Assembly (NCBI GenBank): GCA_036500225.1
Contig: DASYCJ010000055.1
Coordinates: 8,143-72,142 of the forward strand
DNA length: 64,000 nt
Source: Gammaproteobacteria bacterium
GTDB taxonomy: Bacteria; Pseudomonadota; Gammaproteobacteria; Natronospirales; REEB76
Direction of reading: 5' to 3'
How positions within the stretch are numbered: the stretch's first letter is position 1; each line of letters starts with the position of its first letter. Under the pieces are notes generated by a model, which worked only from the letters and a program-made list of their open reading frames with translations, ran no database searches and was not told where the DNA came from. Positions 18,310 to 27,456 of the stretch are shown one piece after another. The position numbers were made by a program, and so were the translations under genes.

Positions 18310-18330
18310 CTATAACACCCCTATAACACC
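18310..18330. repeat. tandem direct repeat CTATAACACC-C-CTATAACACC (11-bp period)
   Basis: Two exact copies of the same 10-mer that forms the right arm of the 18149-18172 inverted repeat. It lies about 120 nt upstream of the mdh start. Confidence 0.45.
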
Positions 18331-18449
18331 GGCCATGACATCCCGGCTCTTCTGCGGCGGCGGGCTGTCATGGGGCGGGTGCTAAAATCGCGTCCCTTTA
18401 GCCGCGCTTGCCGCGGCTCCTGCCACCTTCGAGAACACGGAGTTCCTCC

Positions 18450-19439
18450 ATGGCAAATAAGAAACCCGTCCGGGTCGCCGTCACCGGCGCCGCCGGCCAG
18501 ATCGGCTACCAGCTCATTTTCCGCATCGCCGCCGGCGACATGCTGGGCCCGAAGCAGCCAATCATCCTACAGCTCCTGGAAGTGACGCCTGCCCTGCCGG
18601 GCCTGAACGGCGTGGTGATGGAACTGAACGACTGTGCTTTCCCCTTGCTGGCCGGCATCGTCGCCACCGACAACGCGGAAGTCGCGTTCAAGGACGCGGA
18701 CTACGCGCTGCTGGTGGGCGCGCGCCCGCGCGGCCCCGGCATGGAGCGCAAGGACCTGCTCACGGAGAACGCCAAGATCTTCTCGGTACAGGGCAAGGCA
18801 CTGAACGCCACTGCCAAGAAGAACGTGAAAGTGCTGGTGGTGGGCAACCCGGCCAACACCAACGCACTGATCGCTGCGGAGAACGCGCCGCGCATCCCAC
18901 GCAAGAACTTCACCGCCATGATGCGCCTGGACCACAACCGCGCCATGGGCCAGCTCGCCGCCAAGACCGGTAAGCACGTCACCGACATCAAACGTATGAC
19001 CGTGTGGGGAAACCATTCCTCCACCCAGTATCCCGACATCAACGCCTGCACGGTGAAGGGCAAGCCCGCCGCGAAGCTGGTGGATGAGTCCTGGTTCGCC
19101 AACGACTTCATCTCCACCATCCAGCAGCGAGGCGCGGCCATCATCAAGGCTCGCGGCGCCTCCTCGGCTGCTTCCGCCGCCTCTGCCGCCATCGACCACA
19201 TGCGCGACTGGGCACTCGGCACTGCCAAGGGCGACTGGGTGAGCATGGCTGTCGCCTCCGACGGCAGCTACGGCATCAAGAAGGGCATCATGTACGGCTA
19301 CCCGGTGACCTGCAGCAAGGGCCAGTGGAAGATCGTGAAGGGCCTGAAAGTCGGCAACTTCTCCCAGGAGCGTATGGCGGCCACCGAGAAGGAACTGCGC
19401 GAAGAGCGGGACGGGGTCAAAGACCTCTTGCCGGTTTGA
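18450..19439 (+). CDS. mdh: malate dehydrogenase (LDH-like, about 329 aa type)
   Basis: I moved the start to the ATG at 18450 ([22 protein letters not shown]..., ACGGAG upstream). The NAD-binding GAAGQIG and the catalytic-region MRLDHNR are present. Confidence 0.95.
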   Translation: MANKKPVRVAVTGAAGQIGYQLIFRIAAGDMLGPKQPIILQLLEVTPALPGLNGVVMELNDCAFPLLAGIVATDNAEVAFKDADYALLVGARPRGPGMERKDLLTENAKIFSVQGKALNATAKKNVKVLVVGNPANTNALIAAENAPRIPRKNFTAMMRLDHNRAMGQLAAKTGKHVTDIKRMTVWGNHSSTQYPDINACTVKGKPAAKLVDESWFANDFISTIQQRGAAIIKARGASSAASAASAAIDHMRDWALGTAKGDWVSMAVASDGSYGIKKGIMYGYPVTCSKGQWKIVKGLKVGNFSQERMAATEKELREERDGVKDLLPV

Positions 19440-19458
19440 GTCAGTAGTCCATACAGTG

Positions 19459-19480
19459 AGGCCGCACCCAGTGCGGCCTT
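19459..19480 (+). terminator. hairpin downstream of mdh
   Basis: AGGCCGCAC-CCA-GTGCGGCCT: 9-bp GC-rich stem, 3-nt loop, 20 nt after the mdh stop. The T-tract is poor (TTACTCT). Confidence 0.55.
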
Positions 19481-19494
19481 ACTCTATATAAGGA

Positions 19495-19920
19495 GTGCCC
19501 ATGCCCCGCGTGGAGATAGACCTGCCGGAACGCTTCGCCTTCTCCACGGATCTGGAGGTGCGGGTCTCAGACCTCAACTACGGCAACCATGTCGGTAACG
19601 ACGGGGTGCTCACCCTGATCCACGAGGCCCGCCGGCGTTACCTGCGGTCCCTGGGTGAAGACGAGATCGGCAAGGATGGCCTTGGCTTCGTCATCGCCGA
19701 CGCGGCCCTGGTATATCGGTCCCAGGCTTTCTATGGCGACCGGCTCACGGTGCAGGTAGCGGCGGGCGAATTCCAGAGCCGCAGCTGCACCTTCTATTAC
19801 CGGGTCAGCAAGGGCGAGGTGACAGTGGCCGAAGCCCGCACTGGAGTGGTGTGCTTCGACTTCAAAGCACAGAAGGCCATGGCCATGGCGCCCAACCTGC
19901 TCGCCAAACTCGGCGGCTGA
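19495..19920 (+). CDS. hotdog-fold acyl-CoA thioesterase (4HBT/YbgC-like)
   Basis: 141 aa. The ...VRVSDLNYGNHVGNDGVLTLIHEARRRYL... pattern is typical of 4HBT thioesterases. AAGGAG lies upstream. Confidence 0.7.
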   Translation: MPMPRVEIDLPERFAFSTDLEVRVSDLNYGNHVGNDGVLTLIHEARRRYLRSLGEDEIGKDGLGFVIADAALVYRSQAFYGDRLTVQVAAGEFQSRSCTFYYRVSKGEVTVAEARTGVVCFDFKAQKAMAMAPNLLAKLGG

Positions 19921-20000
19921 ACTTACGGCGCCCGGCGCGGCCGGAGTATATTGGACACAGTCTTCAGGCCTGATCCACGCCGACGCTACGAGAACCCCCC

Positions 20001-22454
20001 ATGCTGATCTCACTGCTCTGGCTCCTGGTGTTCATCGGCGGCAGCCTGGCGCTGACCTATAACCGGGTCCCGCTGCTCATCTCGAGCCTGGCCTACGCGG
20101 CTTTCCTCATCGTCTATACCGTGGCCGGCGCCGGCCCGGATTGGCTGAAGCTGCTGTTCTGGGTGATCTTCCTGGGTGTAGCCATCCCGCTGAACGTGCC
20201 GGCCTTGCGTCGCGCCTGGATCTCGAAGCCATTGCTGGACGTGTTTCGCAAGATCATGCCGGAGATGTCCCAAACCGAAGCCGATGCACTCGAAGCGGGC
20301 AGCGTGTGGTGGGACGGTGAACTCTTCAGTGGCCGCCCCAACTGGACGCGCCTGCTCAACACTCCGGTGCCGAAGATCAGCGCCGAAGAGCAGGCCTTCC
20401 TCGATAACGAGGTGGTGGAACTCTGCGGCATGCTGGACGAGTGGAAGATCACCCACGAGTGGTGCGACCTGCCGCCGGAAGCCTGGGCTTACCTGAAGAA
20501 GAAAGGCTTCTTCGCCATGATCATCCCCAAGCGCTACGGCGGGCGGGAGTTCTCGGCGCTCGCCAACTCAGAAGTGCTAGCCAAGATCGCCACCCACAGC
20601 GCCACCTGCGCCTCCATCGTGGCGGTACCGAACTCGCTCGGACCGGCGGAACTCCTGCTGCGCTATGGCACCGAAGAACAGAAGAACCACTACCTGCCGC
20701 GCCTCGCCGACGGCACCGACGTGCCCTGTTTCGCGCTCACGGCCCCCAATGCCGGTTCCGACGCCGCCGCCATCAAGGACAGCGGCGTGGTGTGCAAGGG
20801 CACCTGGGAAGGCAAAGAGATCATCGGCATGCGCCTCAACTGGGACAAGCGTTACATCACGCTCGCGCCCATCGCCACGGTGCTGGGCCTTGCATTCAAG
20901 CTCTACGATCCTGAACACCTGATCGGCGACAAGGACGAATACGGAATCACCTGCGCCCTCATCCCGCCGCATCTAACGGGCATCACCATCGGCCGCCGGC
21001 ACTTCCCCTTGAACCTGCCGTTCCAGAACGGACCCACCCAGGGCAAGGACGTGTTCGTGCCCCTGGACTTCATCATCGGCGGCACCAAGATGGCCGGCCA
21101 CGGCTGGCGCATGTTGATGGAGTGCTTGGGCGCGGGCCGCGCCATCTCCCTGCCCTCCAACACCACCGGCGCCTCGCGCCTCGGGGTGTACACCACCGGC
21201 GCCTACGCGCGCATTCGCAAGCAATTCCGCCTGCCCATCGCCCGCTTCGACGGCGTGGATGAGGTGCTGGGCCGCATGGGCGGCACACTCTATGCCATGG
21301 AGTCGGTGCGCATCATGACCGCCGGCGCCATCGACCAGGGCGAGGCCCCGGCGGTGTGCGCCGCCATCTCCAAACTCCACGTCACCGAGATGGCGCGGCA
21401 CGTGGGCAACGACGCCATGGACATCCACGGCGGCAAGGGCATCCAGCTCGGCCCCAAGAACTATCTCGGTCGCGGTTACCAGTCCATACCCATCGCCATC
21501 ACCGTGGAAGGCGCGAACATCCTGACCCGCAACCTGATGGTCTACGGCCAGGGCGCAATCCGCTCGCATCCTTTCGTGTTGAAAGAGATGCGTGCTGCGG
21601 CGGACCAGGACCGTCATCGCGCTCTTGTCGACTTCGACCAGGCCCTGTTCGGTCACATGGGCCTGGCCTTCAGCAACGCGGCACGCTCCTTGTGGATGGC
21701 GCTCACCAGCGCCAAGTTCACCCGCGTGCCCGTGTCCACTCCCACCGAGCGCTACTACCAGCATATCAATCGCTTCAGTGCCTCGTTCGTGCTGGCCTCC
21801 GATGCGGCCATGCTGACTTTGGGCGGCGCACTGAAGAAGAAGGAGAAGCTCTCGGCGCGCCTGGGAGACATGCTGAGCTACATGTACATCGCCTCGGCGG
21901 CCCTGAAGCGCTTCGAGGACCAGAACCGCCCGGCGGAGGACCTGCCGCTCGTCGAATACGCCTGCCGCGATGCCCTGTACCGCTTCCAGGAATCCATGCA
22001 CGGTTTCCTGCGCAACTTCCCCAACCGCTTCGTGGCGGCGGTGCTGCGCTTCCTCATCTTCCCGCGGGGCCGCAGTTACTCCGCTCCCAGCGACCATCTC
22101 GGCCATGAGATCGCAGAACTGATCTCGACCCCGGGACCGGGTCGTGACCGGCTGACCCGCAACACCTATACCGGCGACTTGAGCGGTCCGGTGGGTATCT
22201 TCGGTGAAGCCCTGGAACTCGCCACCCGTCTCGAAGTGGTGGAGCACCGTATCCGCGACGCGGAGAAGGCGGGCAAGCTCAAGCTCGGCCGCGGCGCCAA
22301 CCCGGCACTGGTGGCGGAGGAAGCCGGCATCATCACGGCGGATGAGAGCCGCGCGCTGCTACGCCTCGATGAACTCACCGCCAAGATCGTGGCGGTGGAC
22401 GACTTCGACCCCATGGATCTGGGTACGCATCCGTTCAAACCTATCAAGGCATGA
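20001..22454 (+). CDS. fadE: large acyl-CoA dehydrogenase, FadE type
   Basis: 817 aa. N-terminal transmembrane helices are followed by the ACAD core (FALTAPNAGSDAAAIKD, ...GANILTRNLMVYGQGAIRSHP) and the C-terminal extension typical of E. coli FadE. Confidence 0.9.
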   Translation: MLISLLWLLVFIGGSLALTYNRVPLLISSLAYAAFLIVYTVAGAGPDWLKLLFWVIFLGVAIPLNVPALRRAWISKPLLDVFRKIMPEMSQTEADALEAGSVWWDGELFSGRPNWTRLLNTPVPKISAEEQAFLDNEVVELCGMLDEWKITHEWCDLPPEAWAYLKKKGFFAMIIPKRYGGREFSALANSEVLAKIATHSATCASIVAVPNSLGPAELLLRYGTEEQKNHYLPRLADGTDVPCFALTAPNAGSDAAAIKDSGVVCKGTWEGKEIIGMRLNWDKRYITLAPIATVLGLAFKLYDPEHLIGDKDEYGITCALIPPHLTGITIGRRHFPLNLPFQNGPTQGKDVFVPLDFIIGGTKMAGHGWRMLMECLGAGRAISLPSNTTGASRLGVYTTGAYARIRKQFRLPIARFDGVDEVLGRMGGTLYAMESVRIMTAGAIDQGEAPAVCAAISKLHVTEMARHVGNDAMDIHGGKGIQLGPKNYLGRGYQSIPIAITVEGANILTRNLMVYGQGAIRSHPFVLKEMRAAADQDRHRALVDFDQALFGHMGLAFSNAARSLWMALTSAKFTRVPVSTPTERYYQHINRFSASFVLASDAAMLTLGGALKKKEKLSARLGDMLSYMYIASAALKRFEDQNRPAEDLPLVEYACRDALYRFQESMHGFLRNFPNRFVAAVLRFLIFPRGRSYSAPSDHLGHEIAELISTPGPGRDRLTRNTYTGDLSGPVGIFGEALELATRLEVVEHRIRDAEKAGKLKLGRGANPALVAEEAGIITADESRALLRLDELTAKIVAVDDFDPMDLGTHPFKPIKA

Positions 22455-23941
22455 GCACCCCCCTCGTCTACGAAGTCACGCTCGACATCGACGCCGGCGC
22501 GGTCTCGGAGTTCGACGCCTGGCTAAAAGACCACGTCCGCGAGATGCTGGCGCTGCCGGGCTTCCACGACGCGCGCATCCTCAAGCCCGAGAGTACCGAA
22601 GCCGGCAGCGAGCGGCGGGTGGTGCAGTACACCCTGGGCAGCCGCGCTGAACTCGACCATTATCTGGCTGAGCACGCGCCGCGCATGCGCGCCGATGGCG
22701 TGCAACGCTTCGGCGACAAGATGAAAGCCAGCCGCCGGATCTTCGACCTGGACGTGCCGGCCACCGGCACATTGGCGCTGCCTGGGCTGGTGCTGCCACC
22801 GGAAGGCCCGCGCTGCCGCAACTGCGGGACGCCGCTCACCGGCAAGTTCTGCATGGAATGTGGACAGAAGAACCACACCTATATGGCGCCGCTGTGGACC
22901 GTGCTGCACGACTTCGCCGCGACCCATTTCGGCTTCGATACCAAGTTCTTCCATAGCATCGTGCCGCTGTTGTTCCGGCCGGGCTTCCTCAGCCGCGAGT
23001 TCTGCCTCGGCCACGAGGAACGCTACGTCAAGCCGTTCCGCATGTACCTGTTCACCAGCATCGTGTTCTTCTTCCTGGCGGCGATCTTCTGGCCGCAGCT
23101 AGGCGTGAACAACAACCCCAACAACGGCGACCTAAACAGCAAGCTCGAACATGGGGTCGCGACGAAGCCCGATCCGGGCATGACCCGCGCCGCCATCGAC
23201 AAGGCTCTCCAGCAGATCGATGCTCAACCCATCGATCCAGAACGCAAGGCTTTCGCCAAGTCCATCCTGCTGGATGAACTCGCGGCCCTGGACGTGCCGC
23301 CGCCTATCAGCAAAGACAAGCCTACGGCCGCGGCCGGTACCCGGGCCGTCGCCTCGGCGGCGACCAAAGGCGGAACTCGGCCCGTGGTCACCGATTCCTT
23401 CGACATCGAGACCGGCGACTCGGCTCCCGCTCCTGGCGTCCACGTGAACACCACGTCGGGAGCGGACCAGGACGCGGACAATCGTTTCACCGCGCTGTTC
23501 CTGGCGGTGAAGAAGAATCCGGATGAGTTCACCAAGCGTTTCATGCAGAACCTGCCGAAGCTGATGTTCGTGCTGATGCCGCTGATCGCCCTGTTCCTGA
23601 AACTGTTCTACATCGGTTCCAAACGCTATCTCACCGAGCACTTCGTCTTCACTCTGCACTTCCATGCCATGGTATTCGTGGTGCTGCTGCTGGTGATGCT
23701 GGCCGGTTCCTTGAGTCACCACTACATCTGGGCCGCGCCGCTCAAGTCCGCCGGCAAATTGGCCTGGTGGTACATCATGGTGTATCTGTTCCTGGCGCTG
23801 CGCTTCTTCTACAAGCAGGGTTGGTTCATGACCGGCCTCAAGTTCTTCATGCTGTTCATCAGCTACAGCATCGCCTTCGGTCTGACCTTCGCCGCCGGAG
23901 CCGTGGTCGCCGCCGCCGAGATAGGCGCCCCCGTAAGCTGA
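22451..23941 (+). CDS. fusion protein: DUF4286-like N-terminal domain + zinc ribbon + DUF3667-like membrane domain
   Basis: N-terminus VYEVTLDID...FDAWLKDHVREML..VVQYTLGSRAELDHYLAEHAPRMR. Then CRNCGTPLTGKFCMECGQ. Then LFRPGFLSREFCLGHEERYVKPFRMYLF and several helices. The start overlaps the fadE stop (ATGA). Confidence 0.6.
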   Translation: MSTPLVYEVTLDIDAGAVSEFDAWLKDHVREMLALPGFHDARILKPESTEAGSERRVVQYTLGSRAELDHYLAEHAPRMRADGVQRFGDKMKASRRIFDLDVPATGTLALPGLVLPPEGPRCRNCGTPLTGKFCMECGQKNHTYMAPLWTVLHDFAATHFGFDTKFFHSIVPLLFRPGFLSREFCLGHEERYVKPFRMYLFTSIVFFFLAAIFWPQLGVNNNPNNGDLNSKLEHGVATKPDPGMTRAAIDKALQQIDAQPIDPERKAFAKSILLDELAALDVPPPISKDKPTAAAGTRAVASAATKGGTRPVVTDSFDIETGDSAPAPGVHVNTTSGADQDADNRFTALFLAVKKNPDEFTKRFMQNLPKLMFVLMPLIALFLKLFYIGSKRYLTEHFVFTLHFHAMVFVVLLLVMLAGSLSHHYIWAAPLKSAGKLAWWYIMVYLFLALRFFYKQGWFMTGLKFFMLFISYSIAFGLTFAAGAVVAAAEIGAPVS

Positions 23942-24186
23942 AAGCCTATTCCGTGGGATTCACGGACCTCTAAGACGAGCTCTGATCCTAAGGTGGTTTC
24001 TAGCATCCTCGGCTAAGATGATTAGTCATGGACTGTTTTCAATAAAAGTCATCGATGCGACCTATCTAGCGGTAGGCAGAACGTGCGATTGGGCCTAAAT
24101 TAACTTAATACAGGATTGACCCCCCTCCTTCCGGAGACGGGCCGACGCAGGAAGCGAACTCTTACAAGACGCGACCCAGACGGCAG

Positions 24187-27100
24187 GTGCCAGGCGTGAA
24201 GCTCGCCAGTGCGTTCAACGGTTCCTCCAGCCTCGTGGCCCTGACCCGGCTCGCGGACGGCTGCTTCGTCGACGTGAACGACAGCTTCGAGCGAGCGCTC
24301 GCCTACGCCCGTGAAGATCTCATCGGCAAGACCTCGGTGGAACTCGGCATCTGGGACGAGCACAAGCGTGAGCAGTTCGTCCAGGAACTGGTCGAACAGC
24401 GCCATATCACGACCCGGCCCATGACCTACCGGCGCCAGGACGGCAGCGAGTTCGAGAGTCTACTCATCGCCGCTGTGGTGACTGTGGACGGCGAGCACTA
24501 CGTACTGGGCATCCTGGAGGACGTGCGCGAGCGGCAAGCCGGTCACGCCGCCCAGCGCCGCGCCGAAGCCCGCTATCGCAGCATCTTCGACCACGCGGTG
24601 GAGGCCATCTACCAGAGCACTCCCGATGGGCGTTTCCTGGATGTGAACCCGGCGCTGGCGCGGATGCTCGGCTATGCCTCAGCCCAGGAACTCATGAAGA
24701 GTGTGCAGGACCTGAACCAGGACCTGTACGCGGATCCCTGCTCACGCGCGGAACTCACCGCGCTGCTGCAGCGCGAAGGCCGCTTCGAGAACCGTCAGCT
24801 GGAAGTGCGGCGCCATGACGGCAGCTTGATGTGGGTGTCAGAGACCGCCCACGTGGTGAAGGGCGAAGCCGGCGAGTTGCTCTACTACGAAGGCAGCTTC
24901 GTCGACATCAGTGCGCGCCATGCGACGGAACTGGCCCTGCAAGTCTCCGAGGAGAAGTATCGCACCCTGGTGGATCATAGCCAGGACGGCGTGTTCATCA
25001 CCCAGGAAGGCAACTACACCTACGTGAACCAGGCCTACGCAGCGATGCTCGGTTATAGCGTCGCGGAAATGGTGGGCACGCCCTACATGCGTTTCATCGC
25101 GCCGGAGGACCGGCCATTCCTGGACGATCTCTGGCGTAAGCGCCGCGCCGGACAGTGGGAGCAGGATACCTACGAGGTGCACCTGTTGGAGAAGGATGGC
25201 GAGACCCGCATCCTGGCCTCGGTACGCTCCGGCCCCATCACCCTGGGCGGTCAGCTCGCCAGCACCGGCACCATCCGCGACATCACCGAGGAGCGCCGTA
25301 CCCAGGAGGCGCTGCTGGCCGCGGAGCAGAAGTTCCGTGCCATCTTCGAGAACGCGGTGATCGGCATGTATCAGAGCACGCCGGCCGGCCAGTATCTGCG
25401 CGCCAACCAGGCGCTGGCGGACATCTTCGGCTACACGGGGCCGGAAGCCCTGCTCACCAGCATCAAGAACATCGGCGAACTCTACGACCATCCGGATGCG
25501 CGGCGCTTGGTCAACACCGACCTGGAACGGGATGGCCGGGTCACCGGCCGCGAGGTGCAGATGCGCCGGCGCGACGGCCAGAGCATCTGGGTATCCCTGA
25601 GCGCGCGAGTGGTGCGCGCTGCGGATGGCTCAGTGGCCTACTACGAAGGTTCGCTGCACGACATCACCGCCCGCAAACGCGTCGAGACCGCCCTACAGGG
25701 TTCCGAACAGCGTTACCGCATGCTGGTGGACCATGCGCAGGTGGGCGTGTTCATCAACGAGAACGGCTACTACACCTACGTGAACCACGCCTTCGCCGAT
25801 ATGCTGGGCTACACCGAGGCGGAGCTCACCGGCATGAGCTATCGCGACATCTTCCCGCCGGAGGAAGTGGCCGCCGCCGATGAGCGCTTCCGTCGCCGCC
25901 AGCGCGGCGAGGAAGTGGCCAACGACTACGAGTCCGAGCTGCTGCACAAGGATCGCAAGACCCGCATCCACGTCACCCATAGCATCGGCACCATCGACCA
26001 TGACGGCCGGCGCCTGATGATCGGTACAGTCCGCAACGTCACCGAACAGAAGCGTTTCGAGTCCCAGCTCCGGCACAACGCCACCCACGATCCGCTCACG
26101 GGACTGCCCAACCGCACCCTCTTCATCGAGCGCCTGGCACGGGCCATGGAGCGCAGCCGGCCGCAGGGCGCACCGGGTTACGCGGTACTGTTCATCGATT
26201 TAGACAGCTTCAAGGTGGTGAATGACAGCTTGGGACATGCCGCCGGCGACGAACTGCTGGTGGAAGTCTCGCGACGCCTCAAACGCTGCCTCGGGCCCTG
26301 GGACACCCTGGCCCGCCACGGCGGCGACGAGTTCACAGTGCTGGTGGGCCAGACCCAGGATCCGGACGATGCGGTGGAAGTGGCTGAGCAAGTACTGGCG
26401 GAGCTGGTGCAGCCGGTGCGCCTCGGCGACAACGAGATCTACACCAACGCCAGCATCGGCATCGCACCCGGTCACGCCGACTACGCCAACACCGATGAGT
26501 TGCTGCGTGACGCGGACACCGCCATGTACCGGGCCAAGGCCGCCGGCAAGGCGAGCTACGTGGTATTCGACCAGGACATGTATGCCCGGGCCCGCTCGCG
26601 CTTGCGGGTCGAGACCGAATTCCGCCAGGCGGTGGATAACAAGGAACTACGCATCCACTACCAGCCCATCGTAGCCCTGGCCAGCGGCAAGCTCCTGGGG
26701 TTCGAGGCCCTGATGCGCTGGCAGCATCCGAGTCGCGGCCTCTTGGGACCGGATGAATTCCTGCACGTGGCCGAGGAGACGGGTCTCATACTGCCGGCAG
26801 GCTGGTGGCTCCTGGATGAAGCCTGCCGCCAACTGCATGCCTGGCGCCTGGGGCATCCCCAGGCCCGCGACCTCACGGTAGCCGTGAACCTGGCCCATAA
26901 GCAGTTCATGTACACCGGCCTGCCGCAGCGTGTGAACGCAGCTTTATTGGAGAGTGGCCTGCCGGCGGAAGGCCTGCACCTCGAGATAACCGAGACCGTA
27001 TTCCTGGAGAACCCCAAGGCTGCCGAGCACACCCTGCGCCGACTGCGTGGACTGGGCGTGGCGCTGCATTTGGACGACTTCGGCACCGGTTTCTCGTCCT

Positions 27101-27456
27101 TGAACTACCTCTCGGCCTTGCCCCTGGACACCCTGAAGATCGATCGCAGCTTCGTCACGGACATGGAGCGGAACCCCAAGCACGCCGCTATCGTGCGCAC
27201 CATCATCGATCTTGCCCGGGAACTCGGCATGCAGACGGTGGCGGAAGGCGTGGAGACCCAGGGCCAGCTGCATCTGCTGGACAGCTTAGGCTGTCGTTCG
27301 GCTCAGGGTAACCTGTTCGCTCCGGCACTGGACGTGAAGCGTGCCGACGCTCTGTTCCAGCGCGAGTCGCTATCCTTGATGCCGGGGGATGAGGCAGAGG
27401 GCATGGTGGCTGCGAACCTGTTCAGGCGCACACGCGATTTCTTCCGCCGCGTTTAG
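24187..27456 (+). CDS. multi-PAS (about five) GGDEF-EAL signalling protein
   Basis: Repeated PAS/PAC modules (e.g. GILEDVRERQ, GTIRDITEERRTQEAL, GSLHDITARKRVE, GTVRNVTEQKRFE). GGDEF is intact (ARHGGDEFTVLV), with no RxxD five residues upstream (GPWD). EAL is intact (FEALMRW, DDFGTGFSSLNYL). The GTG start at 24187 is uncertain. Confidence 0.9.
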   Translation: MPGVKLASAFNGSSSLVALTRLADGCFVDVNDSFERALAYAREDLIGKTSVELGIWDEHKREQFVQELVEQRHITTRPMTYRRQDGSEFESLLIAAVVTVDGEHYVLGILEDVRERQAGHAAQRRAEARYRSIFDHAVEAIYQSTPDGRFLDVNPALARMLGYASAQELMKSVQDLNQDLYADPCSRAELTALLQREGRFENRQLEVRRHDGSLMWVSETAHVVKGEAGELLYYEGSFVDISARHATELALQVSEEKYRTLVDHSQDGVFITQEGNYTYVNQAYAAMLGYSVAEMVGTPYMRFIAPEDRPFLDDLWRKRRAGQWEQDTYEVHLLEKDGETRILASVRSGPITLGGQLASTGTIRDITEERRTQEALLAAEQKFRAIFENAVIGMYQSTPAGQYLRANQALADIFGYTGPEALLTSIKNIGELYDHPDARRLVNTDLERDGRVTGREVQMRRRDGQSIWVSLSARVVRAADGSVAYYEGSLHDITARKRVETALQGSEQRYRMLVDHAQVGVFINENGYYTYVNHAFADMLGYTEAELTGMSYRDIFPPEEVAAADERFRRRQRGEEVANDYESELLHKDRKTRIHVTHSIGTIDHDGRRLMIGTVRNVTEQKRFESQLRHNATHDPLTGLPNRTLFIERLARAMERSRPQGAPGYAVLFIDLDSFKVVNDSLGHAAGDELLVEVSRRLKRCLGPWDTLARHGGDEFTVLVGQTQDPDDAVEVAEQVLAELVQPVRLGDNEIYTNASIGIAPGHADYANTDELLRDADTAMYRAKAAGKASYVVFDQDMYARARSRLRVETEFRQAVDNKELRIHYQPIVALASGKLLGFEALMRWQHPSRGLLGPDEFLHVAEETGLILPAGWWLLDEACRQLHAWRLGHPQARDLTVAVNLAHKQFMYTGLPQRVNAALLESGLPAEGLHLEITETVFLENPKAAEHTLRRLRGLGVALHLDDFGTGFSSLNYLSALPLDTLKIDRSFVTDMERNPKHAAIVRTIIDLARELGMQTVAEGVETQGQLHLLDSLGCRSAQGNLFAPALDVKRADALFQRESLSLMPGDEAEGMVAANLFRRTRDFFRRV

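Noticed and set aside
23942-24186. AT-rich 245-nt gap upstream of the PAS-GGDEF-EAL gene, considered as a c-di-GMP (GEMM) riboswitch, an sRNA or a foreign insertion.
   Set aside because: I could not find the conserved GEMM-I elements (GCAAACC / ACGCAAAGCC / GGUAGC...GGGUUACC-type segments). I also found no convincing ORF or terminator-bounded unit. It is most simply a promoter plus 5' UTR. An Infernal scan would settle it.
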